Below, one piece after another: positions 11,601 to 22,089 of a DNA stretch of 64,000 bases. Numbering within the stretch: position 1 is the first letter of the stretch; the number at the start of each line of letters is the position of its first letter. The translations under genes were made by a program, and so were the position numbers. The notes beneath the pieces are model-generated. The model ran no database searches and was not told the DNA's origin. It saw nothing but the letters and a program-made list of their open reading frames with translations. Source of the stretch: Pirellulales bacterium (GTDB taxonomy: Bacteria; Planctomycetota; Planctomycetia; Pirellulales; PALSA-1355); contig CAVTBU010000004.1 of NCBI GenBank assembly GCA_963733035.1, forward strand, positions 64,001 to 128,000, given 5' to 3'.

Positions 11601-11892
11601 CGTAACAGCATCACACGACAAGACCGTGCGGATTTTCGATCGCGACACGCTGCGCGAGTTGGCCCGATTCTCCCATGAGACTTCGGCCGATGTGGCATTC
11701 CTTATCGGCGACGGATCCAGGCTGATGGTGCACGACGGAAAGAGAATGAACATCATTGACCCCGAAACTGCGCAGGTCGTCTTGGCGCTGGCTGATCCGG
11801 TGGATAACGCAATGGCGGTGGCCAGTTCCAATGGGAGACTCGTTGCCGTACAAACCGAGGCAGGCGTCTCGATTATCAAGTTCGTTCCCTAG
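8671..11892 (+). CDS. Hanks-type Ser/Thr kinase with TM segment and WD40 repeats, paired with the ECF sigma factor
   Basis: LGCGGFG, VALK, HRDIKPSN, DFGLAK, TM segment and GH..WD-type repeats; GTG start overlaps the 3' end of the sigma gene. Confidence 0.93.
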   Translation: MTKQDPFDDRLVDLLVDYDEHPSSPTHAPNFDESTVAAELRPQFIQAKAALDLLRELRTSGDNGFADDEEFESLVCRDIPPVRRIGRFEIIAELGCGGFGIVYRAWDPRTSRDVALKIPRLQALASGDLRQRFEQEARAAARLDHPHIATVLDAGIEAGLPYMTSVYYPGVTLATWLRERTVDVDQAEAARLIQQLAEAMAHAHERGVLHRDIKPSNVLLVAQEKCCGEAIELHLTTPKLLDFGLAKLTAEAHDLTQTGMLLGTIRYLPPEQAAGRVREIGPAVDVYALGAILYELLTGQPPFAADSDLEVLRCIEQRDPSKIRELRRGASKDLETICHKCLEKDPSRRYPTAKTLAEDLGRYLQGAPILARPATSPERAWKWIKRNPARASLLALALASTTVLILGLAISNHRIRLERDRATASEAEATKQTLIARRYAYGTDFRLAQEAWDHSAPEEAIRIMDRYVPSAGETDLRGPEWHLLWNQIHRQNQILTQSDAIAWSLAASTDGKLFAIGDSAGKIQLRSVNPPRLLREISTGWTGNIDQVLFAPSGRELISGTEDGAIRIWSVSDGKLLDTLLEHKNWVGALAISPDGEILFSGDGDGRVLMWDLNQRKLLCQLMQQQGEVRCLAIDFVHPMIASFTEEGAAGVWDYRRRIPQDALPDGKLAVPSKRPIRAAAFSHNGHALYALQDKNILQWDANRQFQLTTLPEPASDRTLAISGDDKWLIVGGSNATPNVFLYRSSDFAQRMLRGHSRRIRCLAPIPQTDRFLSASDDGSVRLWKTSSTDGLKVGDIDIDLNADVKSLAFSADDRQLAIATDNGEVRVHSSHDGQLRASGEFTKPIRYVAFARNSQHVFVMDGSFELVSWDPVRGSKKTVLRLVDGSRFCLAGNDRLLCYEMGREYLAVRLDDGREVWRLAMADDVMDTDADGNRVFASCGDGRLYAFDANTGHKIAEAMHRGTVMALSIDRAGKRVVTASHDKTVRIFDRDTLRELARFSHETSADVAFLIGDGSRLMVHDGKRMNIIDPETAQVVLALADPVDNAMAVASSNGRLVAVQTEAGVSIIKFVP

Positions 11893-12173
11893 CCGGCCGT
11901 TTCGCGTGAATCAGGCAAGCGAGGCAAAGTATTGCCGACATTAGATTTGCGCATAAGTGATTTGCGTTCCTGGGCCGGCGGCCTAGAATGGGGCGATTGC
12001 AAGGGGGGCGTGTGAAGAACCTCGCGGCCCATCGCCAACGAGAGAGACCGAAAAATTCGGAATTGCTGCGAACTAAACGCTCAAACTTTCGTATAACACG
12101 GCGCAGTCGGGGAGACCGACTGGCTCGTTTTTAGTCGACTCACAATTTCTTAGGCTTCGGAGGAGTTTCCACG

Positions 12174-12740
12174 ATGAAAGCTTTCAGTTTGGCAGTGGCC
12201 ATTGCGTTGGTTGCGGTCGGTACGTTGCGTGCCGCCGAATTGACCAGCGGTTTGCAGCCGGGTGACCTTGTCGGTGCGTTCAATGTCGAGAAATGCGGCG
12301 GCGCGGTGAACGACGGCCGTGAAGTAGGCGCCAACTTCTGCTATCGGTGCATGCTCGGCAACAAGCCGGTCGTGATGGTCTTTGCCCGCAAGGCCGACGA
12401 TAAGCTATCGGCCCTGGCCAAGCAATTGGACAAGCACGTTGCCAAAAACTCCGATCAAAGGCTGTCGTCGTTCATCAATTTGCTCGGCAGCGACCCGGCC
12501 GAGTTGAAGGGCGAGGCCAAGGCATTTGCCGCCAAGAACCAGCTTGAGAACGTGGCCCTGGTTGTGCCTGACGACAACGAGAACGGTCCGGAAGAGTTCC
12601 AGATCAACCCCGAAGCCGAAGTGACCGTCACGATTTATCGCAACGGCAAGGTGGCCGCCACGCACGCGCTTGGCCCCGGCGAGCTCACGGACTCCGAGAT
12701 CCAGAGCATCATCAAGGACACCGGCAAGATTCTGAAGTAA
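12174..12740 (+). CDS. Exported thioredoxin-fold-like hypothetical protein
   Basis: GGAGG SD, signal peptide, SGLQPGD.VGAF and CYRC motifs. Confidence 0.7.
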   Translation: MKAFSLAVAIALVAVGTLRAAELTSGLQPGDLVGAFNVEKCGGAVNDGREVGANFCYRCMLGNKPVVMVFARKADDKLSALAKQLDKHVAKNSDQRLSSFINLLGSDPAELKGEAKAFAAKNQLENVALVVPDDNENGPEEFQINPEAEVTVTIYRNGKVAATHALGPGELTDSEIQSIIKDTGKILK

Positions 12741-12771
12741 GCCGGTCGGATTGCCAGCGACTTAACCCCCT

Positions 12772-12811
12772 GGGGCGCGATTCGGTTCGCCGAGTCGCGC
12801 CCCGCTTTTTT
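12772..12811 (+). terminator. Intrinsic terminator
   Basis: GGGGCGCGATTCGG-TTCG-CCGAGTCGCGCCCC hairpin followed by a T-run. Confidence 0.85.
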
Positions 12812-12928
12812 CTGGGTGCCGTCCGCGTATTCCTAGCTACCGAGCGGCTCTTTTATTTGTCGTTTCGCCGGGCGGCAATTCTCGCTAACATTGTGCGATT
12901 GCCCCGCGATTCGTTCCTTTGTTGATCC

Positions 12929-14718
12929 ATGACCGTACTCGTTCAAATCAGGGACGCCCATAAAAGCTATGGCGACCAGGCGCTGTTGGACGGTGCCGAG
13001 GCGACGCTGACCGACGACCACAAAATCGGTTTCATCGGCCGCAATGGCGCCGGCAAGTCGACGCTCTGCCGCATCCTGCTCGGCGAAGAGGAACTCGACG
13101 TCGGTGAAGTGGTGTTTCATCCCACGCTGCGGCTCGGGTACTTGCGGCAGCACGACCCGTTTCTGCCCGGCGAAACGGTGCTCGAATTTCTCATGCGCGA
13201 CAGCGGCCAGCCGGATTGGAAGTGTGGCGAGGTGGCCGGCCGCTTCGAAATCAAGGGACCGTTTTTGGAAGGCCCGGTGCAAGAGCTCTCGGGCGGTTGG
13301 CAAACCCGCGTCAAGCTGGCCGCGCTGCTGCTGCACGAGCCGAATTTACTGGTGCTCGACGAGCCGACGAACTTCCTGGACCTGCGGACGCAAATTCTGC
13401 TCGAGCATTTCCTGCGCGACTTTCGCGAGGCTTGCCTGGTCGTTTCGCACGATCGGGCGTTCCTGAACGCCACTTGCAGCCAAACGCTGGAACTATCGCG
13501 CGGCAAACTCACGCTGTATCCCGGCAAGGTCGACGCCTTCCTCGAGAATCAACAACAGCGCCGTGAACACGACGAGCGCGTGAACGCCGCCGTGCTGGCG
13601 AAACGCAGGCACCTGGAAACCTTCATCGACAAGAACCGCGCGCGGGCAAGCACGGCCTCGCAAGCCCGCTCAAAGAGCAAGCAACTCGAACGGTTGCAAA
13701 CGATCGAAGTTGCCGGTGCCGAAGCCACGGTCAACATTCGCGCCCACAAGTCGAGCCGCGCAAAGGCCCTGCCGTGCGTTGCAAGGACCTGGCGATCGGC
13801 TACCCTGATCACGAAGTGGCCAGCGGCATCGACGTCGAAATCGACCACGGCAACCGCGCGGCGATCGTCGGCGACAACGGCCAGGGCAAAACGACATTTC
13901 TGCGGACGCTGGTCTCCTCGCTCAATCCCCTGGCCGGCGAGGTGCGATGGGGCTACGGCTGTGAGCTAGGCGTCTACGCCCAGCACGTGTACACCAGCCT
14001 GCCCGAAAGGCAGACAGTGCTCGAATACCTGGAGTACCACGCCGCCCCGGGCACCAAGTCGCAGGCGGTGCTCGATTTGGCCGGCAGCTTTTTGTTCCGC
14101 GGCGATCATGTGAACAAGCGAGTCAACGTGTTGAGCGGGGGCGAGCGAGCACGGCTCTGCCTGGCCGGCATCTTGCTGGGGCAATGCAACGTGCTGGTAC
14201 TCGACGAACCAGGCAACCACCTGGATGTCGAAACCGTCGAAGCCCTGGCGACGGCGTTAAACGACTATCAAGGCACCGTCATCTTCACGAGTCACGATCG
14301 ATATTTCATGCAGCGCGTGGCGACGTCGGTCATCGAGGTGCGCGGCGGCCGCGTGGTGAACTACCGGGGCGACTACGAGGCCTACGTCTACGCGGTCAAC
14401 AAGGAGATCGACGAAGGGGAACGCGAGCTGGCGGCCAAGCAATCGCCCGGCAAATTAAAGACGCCGCGCAAGCCAGAGAATCGCAAACAGCGAAACCAGG
14501 AGCAGCGCGAACTGCGCAAGCAGCTGACGAGCCTCGAGCGCACGATCGAGCGACTCGACGCGCGTACGCGAGAGGTGAAAGAAAAGCTACTTAATACGAC
14601 CGACGCCGACGAAGCGATGCGCTTGCACGAAGAACTGACCTCGATCGCCTCGGAGCTAACGCCGGCCGAAGAGCGGTGGTGCGAAGTGCAGGCCGAGCTC
14701 GAAACCGATGACGAGTAG
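12929..14718 (+). CDS. ABC-F family ATP-binding protein; apparent 1-nt frameshift near 13745
   Basis: Two ABC cassettes (GRNGAGKST/LSGG/LDEPTN and GDNGQGKTT/LSGG/LDEPGN) and a C-terminal coiled coil; one extra C at CGCGCCC restores RAPQVEPRKG. Confidence 0.92.
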
Positions 14719-17088
14719 TCAGTCGGCTTGGCACCAACCGCGCCATAGGTCACGGTATGCCGCTTCCAGATTACGCGTGAAGCCCTCGAAATCCAACAGC
14801 GGCGAGGCGGCCATCCGCTGGCGGAGCGTCGAGCGATAGTCGGCCAGCCGGCCGCGGTCGTTGGCCAGGGCAACCGCCGTGGCAATGTACTGATCGCGGG
14901 AGTGGCTAATCAACTCCGTCAGGCCCAGCGTGGCCAGCCCGCTGCCGCCAAACCGCGAGACATAAGTCTGCCCGGAAAGCGTAACGACCGGCACGCCCTG
15001 CCACAGGCAGTCGCAGGTAGTTGTGTGCCCGTTGAACGGGAAAGGATCGAGGGCGATATCGACGCTGCTGATCAGATCGAGATACTTCTCGCGCGGCAGG
15101 CGGCGCACTAATTCGAGGCGTCGTGGCTCCACCCCCTGCCCCGAAAATGTCTCCCGTAGCGACTGTTCGACCGAAGCGGTCATCTCGGCCAGCAACACGA
15201 GCCTCGATTGCGGAACCGCGCGAAGAATCGCGGCCCAGGCCGCGAGCACTTCGCGGTTGATTTTCGCCAGACTATTGAATGAGCCGAACGTGATATTTCC
15301 TCGCAAGTTCGCTGGCAGCGTGCCAACCGGCGGCGCAAAGATCGAGGGTTGATAACAGAAGAACGTTTGAGGCAGACGCATCAGCCGTTCGGAATGGAGT
15401 AACTCGGTCTGGCCCGGCGGATCGGCGTATGCGTCGGTAAAGCGAACGTCCATCGCCTGCATACCCGTGGTGTTCTGGTAGCCGATGTACGTTGCTTGCA
15501 ACGGCGCCGGCTTACGCGCGAACATCGGGAGTCGATTTCCACCGATATGTCCCGTGAGATCGACCAGGATGTCGATGGCGTCGTGGCGAATCTGGCGGCT
15601 GATGTGCTCATGCCCCTGCCCGCGGATGGCGCGCCAATGATCGGCGTAGGTTCGTAGCCGCGCGGTGGTGTCGTCTTCGACCGCGACGTCGCTGTAGCAG
15701 AACACTTCGAAGTTTGCATGATCGTGCGAGGAGAGGATCGGCTCGGTGAAGAAGTTTACCGCATGGCCGTAGAAATGCGGCGAGACATAGCCGATCCGCA
15801 GCCGGCGGTCGGGCGAACGGTCGTTGGCGTGGGGCGGACTGGCAATCGAGAACGGGTCGGCGTGCCGCTGGCCCCAAAGTCGATGCTCGGCAAAGATCGT
15901 CTGGGCATCCAGCCCGGGATGGTAGTTGAGGCAGTACAGGTAGTTGCTGTGGTGCAACGCGGAATTCGGATTCAACTCGATCTCGCGGCGGTGGTGTTCC
16001 AGGGCTTCCTCGACACGACCCTGTAAATGCAGTGCAACCGCGAGATTGCCATGGGCCGACGGCAGTTTTGGGTCGAGTTCGATCGCGCGGCGGCCATATT
16101 CGATCGCCTCGTCGCGGCGCGCTTGCTCGTTGAGCATCTTGGACATGTTCAAATAGGTCTGCGCGTCGCTTGGATCGATTTCGAGTGCTCGCCGGCAAGC
16201 GGCCAGCGCTTCGTCGAGCTGTTGCCGGGCATAGTACACGCTCGCCAAACCATGATGCGCGGCGATCGAACGAGGGCTGATCCGCAGCACTTCGGTGAAG
16301 CACGCCTCGGCCTCATCCAGCTGACCCAACCGTTGCAATAGCGCTCCCAGGCTAATGCGGGCGGCGGTTGCGGCTGGACTCGCCGTGATCGCGTTGCGAT
16401 AACAAATCAGGGCCTCGTCGGTTAATCCCTGGAGTTCGTAGGTCGCGCCCAGGTTGCCGAGCGCCACCGCGTTGCCCGGCTGCAAGGCTAGTGCGCGCTG
16501 GAAGTTTTGAACAGCCTCGTCCAACCGCCCCTGTTGTTTGTGAATCGTGGCCTGATTAACGAGTGAGAGCGCGTGGTTGGGGTCGATGCCCAGCGCCGCC
16601 GTGTAGCAACGAGCGGCGGCGTCAACTTGTCCCAACATTTGCAGGGCGCTCCCCAGGTCGAAATGGGCGTCGGCCGACGGTTCGGCGACAACGACCCGCC
16701 GAAAACATTCGCTCGCTTCCGCGAACCGCCCTTGCGATTGCAGCAACGTTCCGAGGACGGACGCGACTTGCACCCAGCCGGGTTCCAACTCCAACGCCCG
16801 CCGCAGCGCGCATTCCGCTTCGGCAGGGCGTCCGAGATGGCGAAAGCAGTCTCCCAGGCTCGCGTGAAAAGCAGCCTGCCGTTCGTCGAGTTCGATGGCG
16901 GCCGAATACAGCCGCACCGCCTCGTCGAATTGTCCGGCCTCCATTGCCAGCACGCCAAGGTGGTACAACGCCGTCAAGTTGCGCGGGTCGAGATGCAGCG
17001 CCGCGCGGTATGCCGCCTCGGCGTCGGACATCCGCCCGGAGCGCAGGTGCCGGCTGGCGGATTCGAGAATCTCTGGCAGCGTCGGCAT
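14719..17088 (-). CDS. TPR-containing O-GlcNAc transferase-like protein (SPINDLY/GT41), copy 1
   Basis: Many TPRs; RLRIGYVSPHF, DILVDLTGH, PAPLQ, DPFPFNGHTTTCD.LWQGVPV motifs. Confidence 0.92.
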   Translation of the reverse strand: MPTLPEILESASRHLRSGRMSDAEAAYRAALHLDPRNLTALYHLGVLAMEAGQFDEAVRLYSAAIELDERQAAFHASLGDCFRHLGRPAEAECALRRALELEPGWVQVASVLGTLLQSQGRFAEASECFRRVVVAEPSADAHFDLGSALQMLGQVDAAARCYTAALGIDPNHALSLVNQATIHKQQGRLDEAVQNFQRALALQPGNAVALGNLGATYELQGLTDEALICYRNAITASPAATAARISLGALLQRLGQLDEAEACFTEVLRISPRSIAAHHGLASVYYARQQLDEALAACRRALEIDPSDAQTYLNMSKMLNEQARRDEAIEYGRRAIELDPKLPSAHGNLAVALHLQGRVEEALEHHRREIELNPNSALHHSNYLYCLNYHPGLDAQTIFAEHRLWGQRHADPFSIASPPHANDRSPDRRLRIGYVSPHFYGHAVNFFTEPILSSHDHANFEVFCYSDVAVEDDTTARLRTYADHWRAIRGQGHEHISRQIRHDAIDILVDLTGHIGGNRLPMFARKPAPLQATYIGYQNTTGMQAMDVRFTDAYADPPGQTELLHSERLMRLPQTFFCYQPSIFAPPVGTLPANLRGNITFGSFNSLAKINREVLAAWAAILRAVPQSRLVLLAEMTASVEQSLRETFSGQGVEPRRLELVRRLPREKYLDLISSVDIALDPFPFNGHTTTCDCLWQGVPVVTLSGQTYVSRFGGSGLATLGLTELISHSRDQYIATAVALANDRGRLADYRSTLRQRMAASPLLDFEGFTRNLEAAYRDLWRGWCQAD

Positions 17089-17114
17089 CGTAAGGCTTTC
17101 GTCGAGACGGTGGA

Positions 17115-19604
17115 CTATGCTTCGGCAACCGGTTGTTGTTGGTCGCACCACTGGCGCCACATCTGCCGATAGGCGGCTTCCAGGTTGGCCGTGAACGTTT
17201 TGAAGTCCAACAGCGGTGAAGCGGCCATCCGCTCGCGAAGCGTAGAGCGATAATCGGCAAGCCGTTCGTGGTCGTTGGCCAACGCTACGGCCGTTTGAAT
17301 GTACTCATCCGGCGAGTGGGTAATTAGTTCCGTAAGCCCCAGCGTGGCCAGCCCACTACCGCCAAATCGGGATACATAGCTTTGACCCGAAAGGGTCACG
17401 ACGGGCACGCCCTGCCACAGGCAATCGCAGGTGGTTGTATGCCCGTTGAAGGGAAACGGATCAAGCGCCACGTCAAGTCGCGCGATGAGTTCCAGATATT
17501 TCGGCCGCGGCAAGCGGTTCACAAGTTCCAGCCGATCGGGAGCGATGCCGAGTCCGGCGAACGTTTCGCGAAGCCGTGCGTGCAGTGATTCGGTCATGTC
17601 AGCTCGAATGACCAGCCGCGCTTCAGGCACGCGGCGGAGAATCTCGGCCCAGGTTTCCAAAACCTGGGGAGTCACTTTCGTAAATGCATTCACCGACCCG
17701 AACGTCACGTAGCCGTTTGACGCGGCCGGCGACGGACCGACCGGCGGTGCGTAGGTCGACGGCTGGTAGCAGAAGAAGGTCGTCGGCAGGCGCCAGAGCT
17801 TCTCGGTATGCAAAGCGTCGGTTTGGCCGGGCGGATCCGAATAGTCGTCGGTGATCCGGTAGTCCATGGCCTGCATGCCGGTCGTGTTTTGATAGCCGAT
17901 ATACGTGATTTGCACCGGAGCCGGCTTGCGGGCGAACAGCAGCATGCGTTCGCCGCCCGTAATGTGGCCCGTCAGATCAACCAGAATTTCGATCTGATCG
18001 TCACGCACCATCGCCGCAACGTCCTCGTTCTTGCGGCCGCGCACTTGGCGCCAGTGGTCGGCATAGGTGCGCAGCCGCGCAGTGGTGTCGTCGGGCTCGT
18101 CGACGTCCGAGTAGCAAAAAATCTCGAACTGCTGGTGATCGTGCGACGCCAGGATCGGCTCGACGAAGAAGTTGACCGCGTGCGCAAAAGTGGGGCGAAA
18201 CGTAGCCGATGCGCAACCGCCGGTCGGGTGATCGCTCGTTTGTGTGCGGAGGACTGGCGGCGGAGAGCGGGTCGGCATGACGCGCCCCCCAGGCCAGATG
18301 CTCGGTGAAAATTGTCAGGGCGTCATAGCCCGGGTGATAGTTGAGCGAATAGAGCAGATTGCTGTGCTGTCCGGCGGCATGGGGATTTTGACGGATTGAC
18401 TCGCGATGCGCCGCGATGGCTTCGTCCAACAGACCAAGCGACTGCAGCGAGACGCCGAGGTTGCCGTGGGCCTGGGCCATTGCCGGAGCCAATGCGATGG
18501 CCTGCCGCGCGGCGACGATCGCTTCGTCGTGACGCCCCTGGCCCGCATACGCCACGCACAGATTGTTGTATGGCTCGGGCGTTCCGGGCGCAGGCGAAGT
18601 GCCTCCTCGCAATGCACAATCGCTTGCTTGTGTCGTCCCTCGAGCTGATAGAGATAGCTCAGTCCCAGATGAGAATCGGCGTGTTCCGGGTCGGCGGCCA
18701 ACGCCCGCTCAAAGTAGCCTTTCGCTTCGTCCAGATAGCCCTGCCGCTGCACGAGCGTGCCCATGCCGTGCAGTGCGACAACCGAGTTGGGTTCAATCTC
18801 CAGGGCCGCTCGATAGCTGGCGGCCGCCTCCTCCATGCGATCTTGCATCAGCCGGATCACGGCGACGTTGATGTGCGCCGGGGCAAACCGCGGGTTCACT
18901 CGAAGGGCCGCGTTCAGGTGGCGCTCGGCATCTTCAAACTGGCCGCGGGATTTGTAGATCGTGCCCAGATTGTTGTGGGTTTCGATGTGGTCGGCCTGCC
19001 GAGCCAGCACGGCCTGATATTCGGCGATCGCTTCATCCTCGCGCTCGAGGCTCTGCAAGACGCTGGCCAAATTGAAATGCGCGGTTACCGAATCTTCGGT
19101 CCGCAACACCCGGCGGAAACAGGCCTCGGCCTCGCTGAACTTATTCTGCTGGTCGAGCACGTGTCCTAACCGCGAACGGGCCTGCGCGTTGTCGGGCTGC
19201 AATCGCAGCGCCTCGCGCAAGGCCACGGCCGCCTCCTCGAGCCGACCTTCGTCGTGCAACAGCGTGCCCAGCAGCATGTGCACGGGGGCCATGCCCGGAT
19301 TCAGCCGCAAGGCTTTGCGATAGCTTTCCGAGGCTTCCGCCGCGCGGCCCCAATGTCGGTAGGCCTCGCCCAGATTTGCATAAAACGCGGCCTGTGATCG
19401 GTCGGCCTGCACGGCCTGATTTATCAGGTCAACCGCCGTCTGAAACTGCCGGGCCTGCATGGCCAACATGCCCAATTGATGCAAGGCATGCGGATGCCGC
19501 GGATCGGCGGCCAACACATGGCGATACGCGCGCTCGGCCTCGGCCAGACGTCCCGCCTGATGCAATTGCGTTCCCTGGGCCAGAATTTGCTCGATGCTGC
19601 TCAT
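17115..19604 (-). CDS. TPR-containing O-GlcNAc transferase-like protein (SPINDLY/GT41), copy 2; apparent frameshifts near 18587 and 18183
   Basis: ORFs 18315..19604, 18001..18612 and 17115..18278 join into a full-length paralog of copy 1. Confidence 0.88.
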
Positions 19605-19688
19605 TCGTTCATTGTCCTACTGCCCGGACAATCAGGCAACCGCCGGCCTGAATAACCGGAACTGCTTCGGAGTCGGGCTCGCGGCCAG

Positions 19689-20438
19689 CTAGGATTTGAC
19701 TCGCCCTGATCGCAGGTAAAGCGGCCAAACGACGGAGCGGCTCTCTCCCGGCAAGCCCCACGCGGCGGTCAACTCACCTTTGATCTGTTCGATGGCGCTG
19801 GTCCCATGCTGCTGGAGATACTTCTGGGCACTCGACCAGGTGCTCAGATAGCCAAGCAGCTCGTCCAGATTCCAGCGAGCCTGCATGGTAAAATTGGGAG
19901 CCTCGATTTCCTCGAACGGAAATGGGAGGCCGGCGTAGCGGTCTTCCACCAGTCGTCGTTCGGGCGGCCAGAAGTCCCCCAAGATGTCGGCATACAACCG
20001 CCATACCACGGCGTCGACCTCCGCCGAGATCGTCGCCAGGCCGTACGTCCACAGCGCGATCGCTCCGCCCGCACGCGCGACCCGGCGGACCTCGCCATAA
20101 AACGCAGCGAGGTCAAACCAGTGTGCCGCTTGGGCCACCGTGACCAGATCGACCGACTCGTCGGCCAGCGGACACCGCTCGGCTGGAGCCACAAGATAGG
20201 TTACGCCGACCAGCGGCTGGGCATGTTCGATCTGTCGCTCGCTGGGATCGGTGGCAACCACTTCGCGAAAGTAGTCGGCCAGCGCAACGGCGGCCTGCCC
20301 GTTCCCGGTCCCACAATCCCAAGCCCGCTCGTGCCTGGCCGGAAGCGATGCCAGAAAGGCAAAAAGGTGGCGCGGATAGCGCGGCCGAAACCGAATGTAG
20401 CGGTCGGCCTGCGGCGAAAAATGGTCTTTGAACTCCAA
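19689..20438 (-). CDS. Class I SAM-dependent methyltransferase
   Basis: FKDHFS, WDCGTGNGQAA and DLVTVAQAAHWF motifs; TTG start inferred. Confidence 0.9.
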   Translation of the reverse strand: MEFKDHFSPQADRYIRFRPRYPRHLFAFLASLPARHERAWDCGTGNGQAAVALADYFREVVATDPSERQIEHAQPLVGVTYLVAPAERCPLADESVDLVTVAQAAHWFDLAAFYGEVRRVARAGGAIALWTYGLATISAEVDAVVWRLYADILGDFWPPERRLVEDRYAGLPFPFEEIEAPNFTMQARWNLDELLGYLSTWSSAQKYLQQHGTSAIEQIKGELTAAWGLPGESRSVVWPLYLRSGRVKS

Positions 20439-20693
20439 CGGAAAAACGCCCCGGGATGATCGGACTTGGCTGGTGCGGTTCTCTTGAAGTTTACACCGAG
20501 AACGCCATTTTGAGATGCCCCAAGCAACCGCCTTGCCAGCGGGCGCCGTCGGCTTAAAGGCACTGGGCAACCGGACTTGTCGCCGACGAGTCGCATGGTA
20601 CACTTGGGTCTCGGAAGTCGCCTGGCGACGACCAGCAAACGATGGGGAAGTGCCCAACGGCATCGACCGTAAGCAATTTCCCCCCGATCCAAC

Positions 20694-20767
20694 GGCGGCG
20701 TAGCTCAGTTGGTTAGAGCAGCGGAATCATAATCCGCGTGTCCGGGGTTCGAATCCCTGCGCCGCTA
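20694..20767 (+). tRNA. tRNA-Met (CAT), probably elongator; CCA not encoded
   Basis: Cloverleaf with acceptor GGCGGCG/CGCCGCT, anticodon arm GCGGA-ATCATAA-TCCGC and T-loop GTTCGAATC. Confidence 0.93.
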
Positions 20768-20828
20768 CTTTTGCACGTCGCGGCACCGTGTCGCACGGTG
20801 TCGCTCAAGTCCTGAGCCTCTGAGAGGT

Positions 20829-21212
20829 TTAGGCTATCAATGCCGGCCAGTGTCGGCGTAGCCTCGTCGCACTGGCCTGCATGGCTTGGCGCCAATTCGC
20901 TTCGCGACTGTTGCGCTCGGCGTTGCGCGCCTCTCCGGCACCCGCTGGCAGGGCGGAGTCGGTTGCGGTCGCTCGCGCCGCCGTCGCCACTTCTCCAAAG
21001 CCCTTGCGGCGCTCGGCCACAATATTCGCGTGATACCTCGTCCGGCCTTGCGCCGCTTTTCGCTCGTTGTCAATTTGGCGAAACTCTGGCCTCCGGCGTA
21101 ACAGCCGGCTACGAAGCCTCGCGCGTTCGCGTTGCCGCTCTTGGCCGGTGAGGCCGGCAAGCGCGGCTTGGATTTGGTCGCGCTCGTCGGGGGTGAGGGT
21201 GAAAGCGGGCAT
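20829..21212 (-). CDS. Basic hypothetical protein, possibly a mobile-element remnant
   Basis: 127-aa Arg-rich ORF immediately 3' of tRNA-Met; no family recognised. Confidence 0.4.
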   Translation of the reverse strand: MPAFTLTPDERDQIQAALAGLTGQERQRERARLRSRLLRRRPEFRQIDNERKAAQGRTRYHANIVAERRKGFGEVATAARATATDSALPAGAGEARNAERNSREANWRQAMQASATRLRRHWPALIA

Positions 21213-21294
21213 GGCTGAGGCTGGGATCGACTATAATTTGGGCTTAGTGACGCTGCGCTTTTGCATACGTCACCTGCGATTTGGTCATCGTGCG

Positions 21295-21960
21295 ATGGCC
21301 TATCAAGCATTCAAGGGGCATCCGTCGGTGCAGTCACCAGCAGGCGTTGAGCTGTCAGATCGGGATGGAATCGTAACAATCCGTTTGCCGAGAATTGAAG
21401 GCAAGCGACTTGTCCGATTGATGGCTCCATATCTTCTGCTGGCGATTGTTGCCATCGGAATGTTCGCTTTCGGCGTGTGGCATTTCGGCACTCACTGGGT
21501 CGAAGTTCAGCGGGAGGTGCCCATCCTGCCACAACTGTTTCTCTCATTCATGGCCCTGTTTTTCGTCTTAGCCGTCAGTGCGGCTGTCACATTCTACTTT
21601 GCGAACCGCTGCGTTACGATCCGTGTTGACGGCGAAGGTTTGACAGTGTCGTCCGAAGGCAGCATTGGACAAAAACACTACTACTACCGCCGCACCACTA
21701 TCACGGCAGTGTATGCCGACCGATACTGGCTGTGGGTTCACGGGTCTGAACGACGTCCAAGCCGTGTCTTGTGGCAGCGGCTTCCTGAAGAACGCCATTG
21801 GCTCGCTGTAACTCTCGCGCGGCAATTGGGAGTACGCGGCTCGTTGCCCCTTGGGCGGGACGAATTAGAAGTCCGAGTTGTCATCCTGGATGACGACAAA
21901 TTGAGACGATGCCTACACCGGAAAAGAAATCGGCCGCTATTCCTCGGTTTGGGGATTTGA
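21295..21960 (+). CDS. Hypothetical membrane protein, two TM helices plus a PH-like soluble part
   Basis: Two hydrophobic segments followed by TIRVDGEGLTV; TATAAT at 21232-21237. Confidence 0.6.
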   Translation: MAYQAFKGHPSVQSPAGVELSDRDGIVTIRLPRIEGKRLVRLMAPYLLLAIVAIGMFAFGVWHFGTHWVEVQREVPILPQLFLSFMALFFVLAVSAAVTFYFANRCVTIRVDGEGLTVSSEGSIGQKHYYYRRTTITAVYADRYWLWVHGSERRPSRVLWQRLPEERHWLAVTLARQLGVRGSLPLGRDELEVRVVILDDDKLRRCLHRKRNRPLFLGLGI

Positions 21961-22089
21961 ACTCTATTGAATGTGAACCGCCAAAAAATAGGCCGGCGCA
22001 ACGCTCGCTACGCTATGCCGGCCAAGCATGCCCGCCGCCGGCAGCGAATCGCTTTCTCGGACAATCCCGCAACCGGCTAAAATACTCCT

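Noticed and set aside
12103..12121. Hairpin CAGTCGG-GGAGA-CCGACTG in the 5' region of the 12174 gene
   Set aside because: A single short stem with no aptamer features; not enough to call a regulatory RNA.
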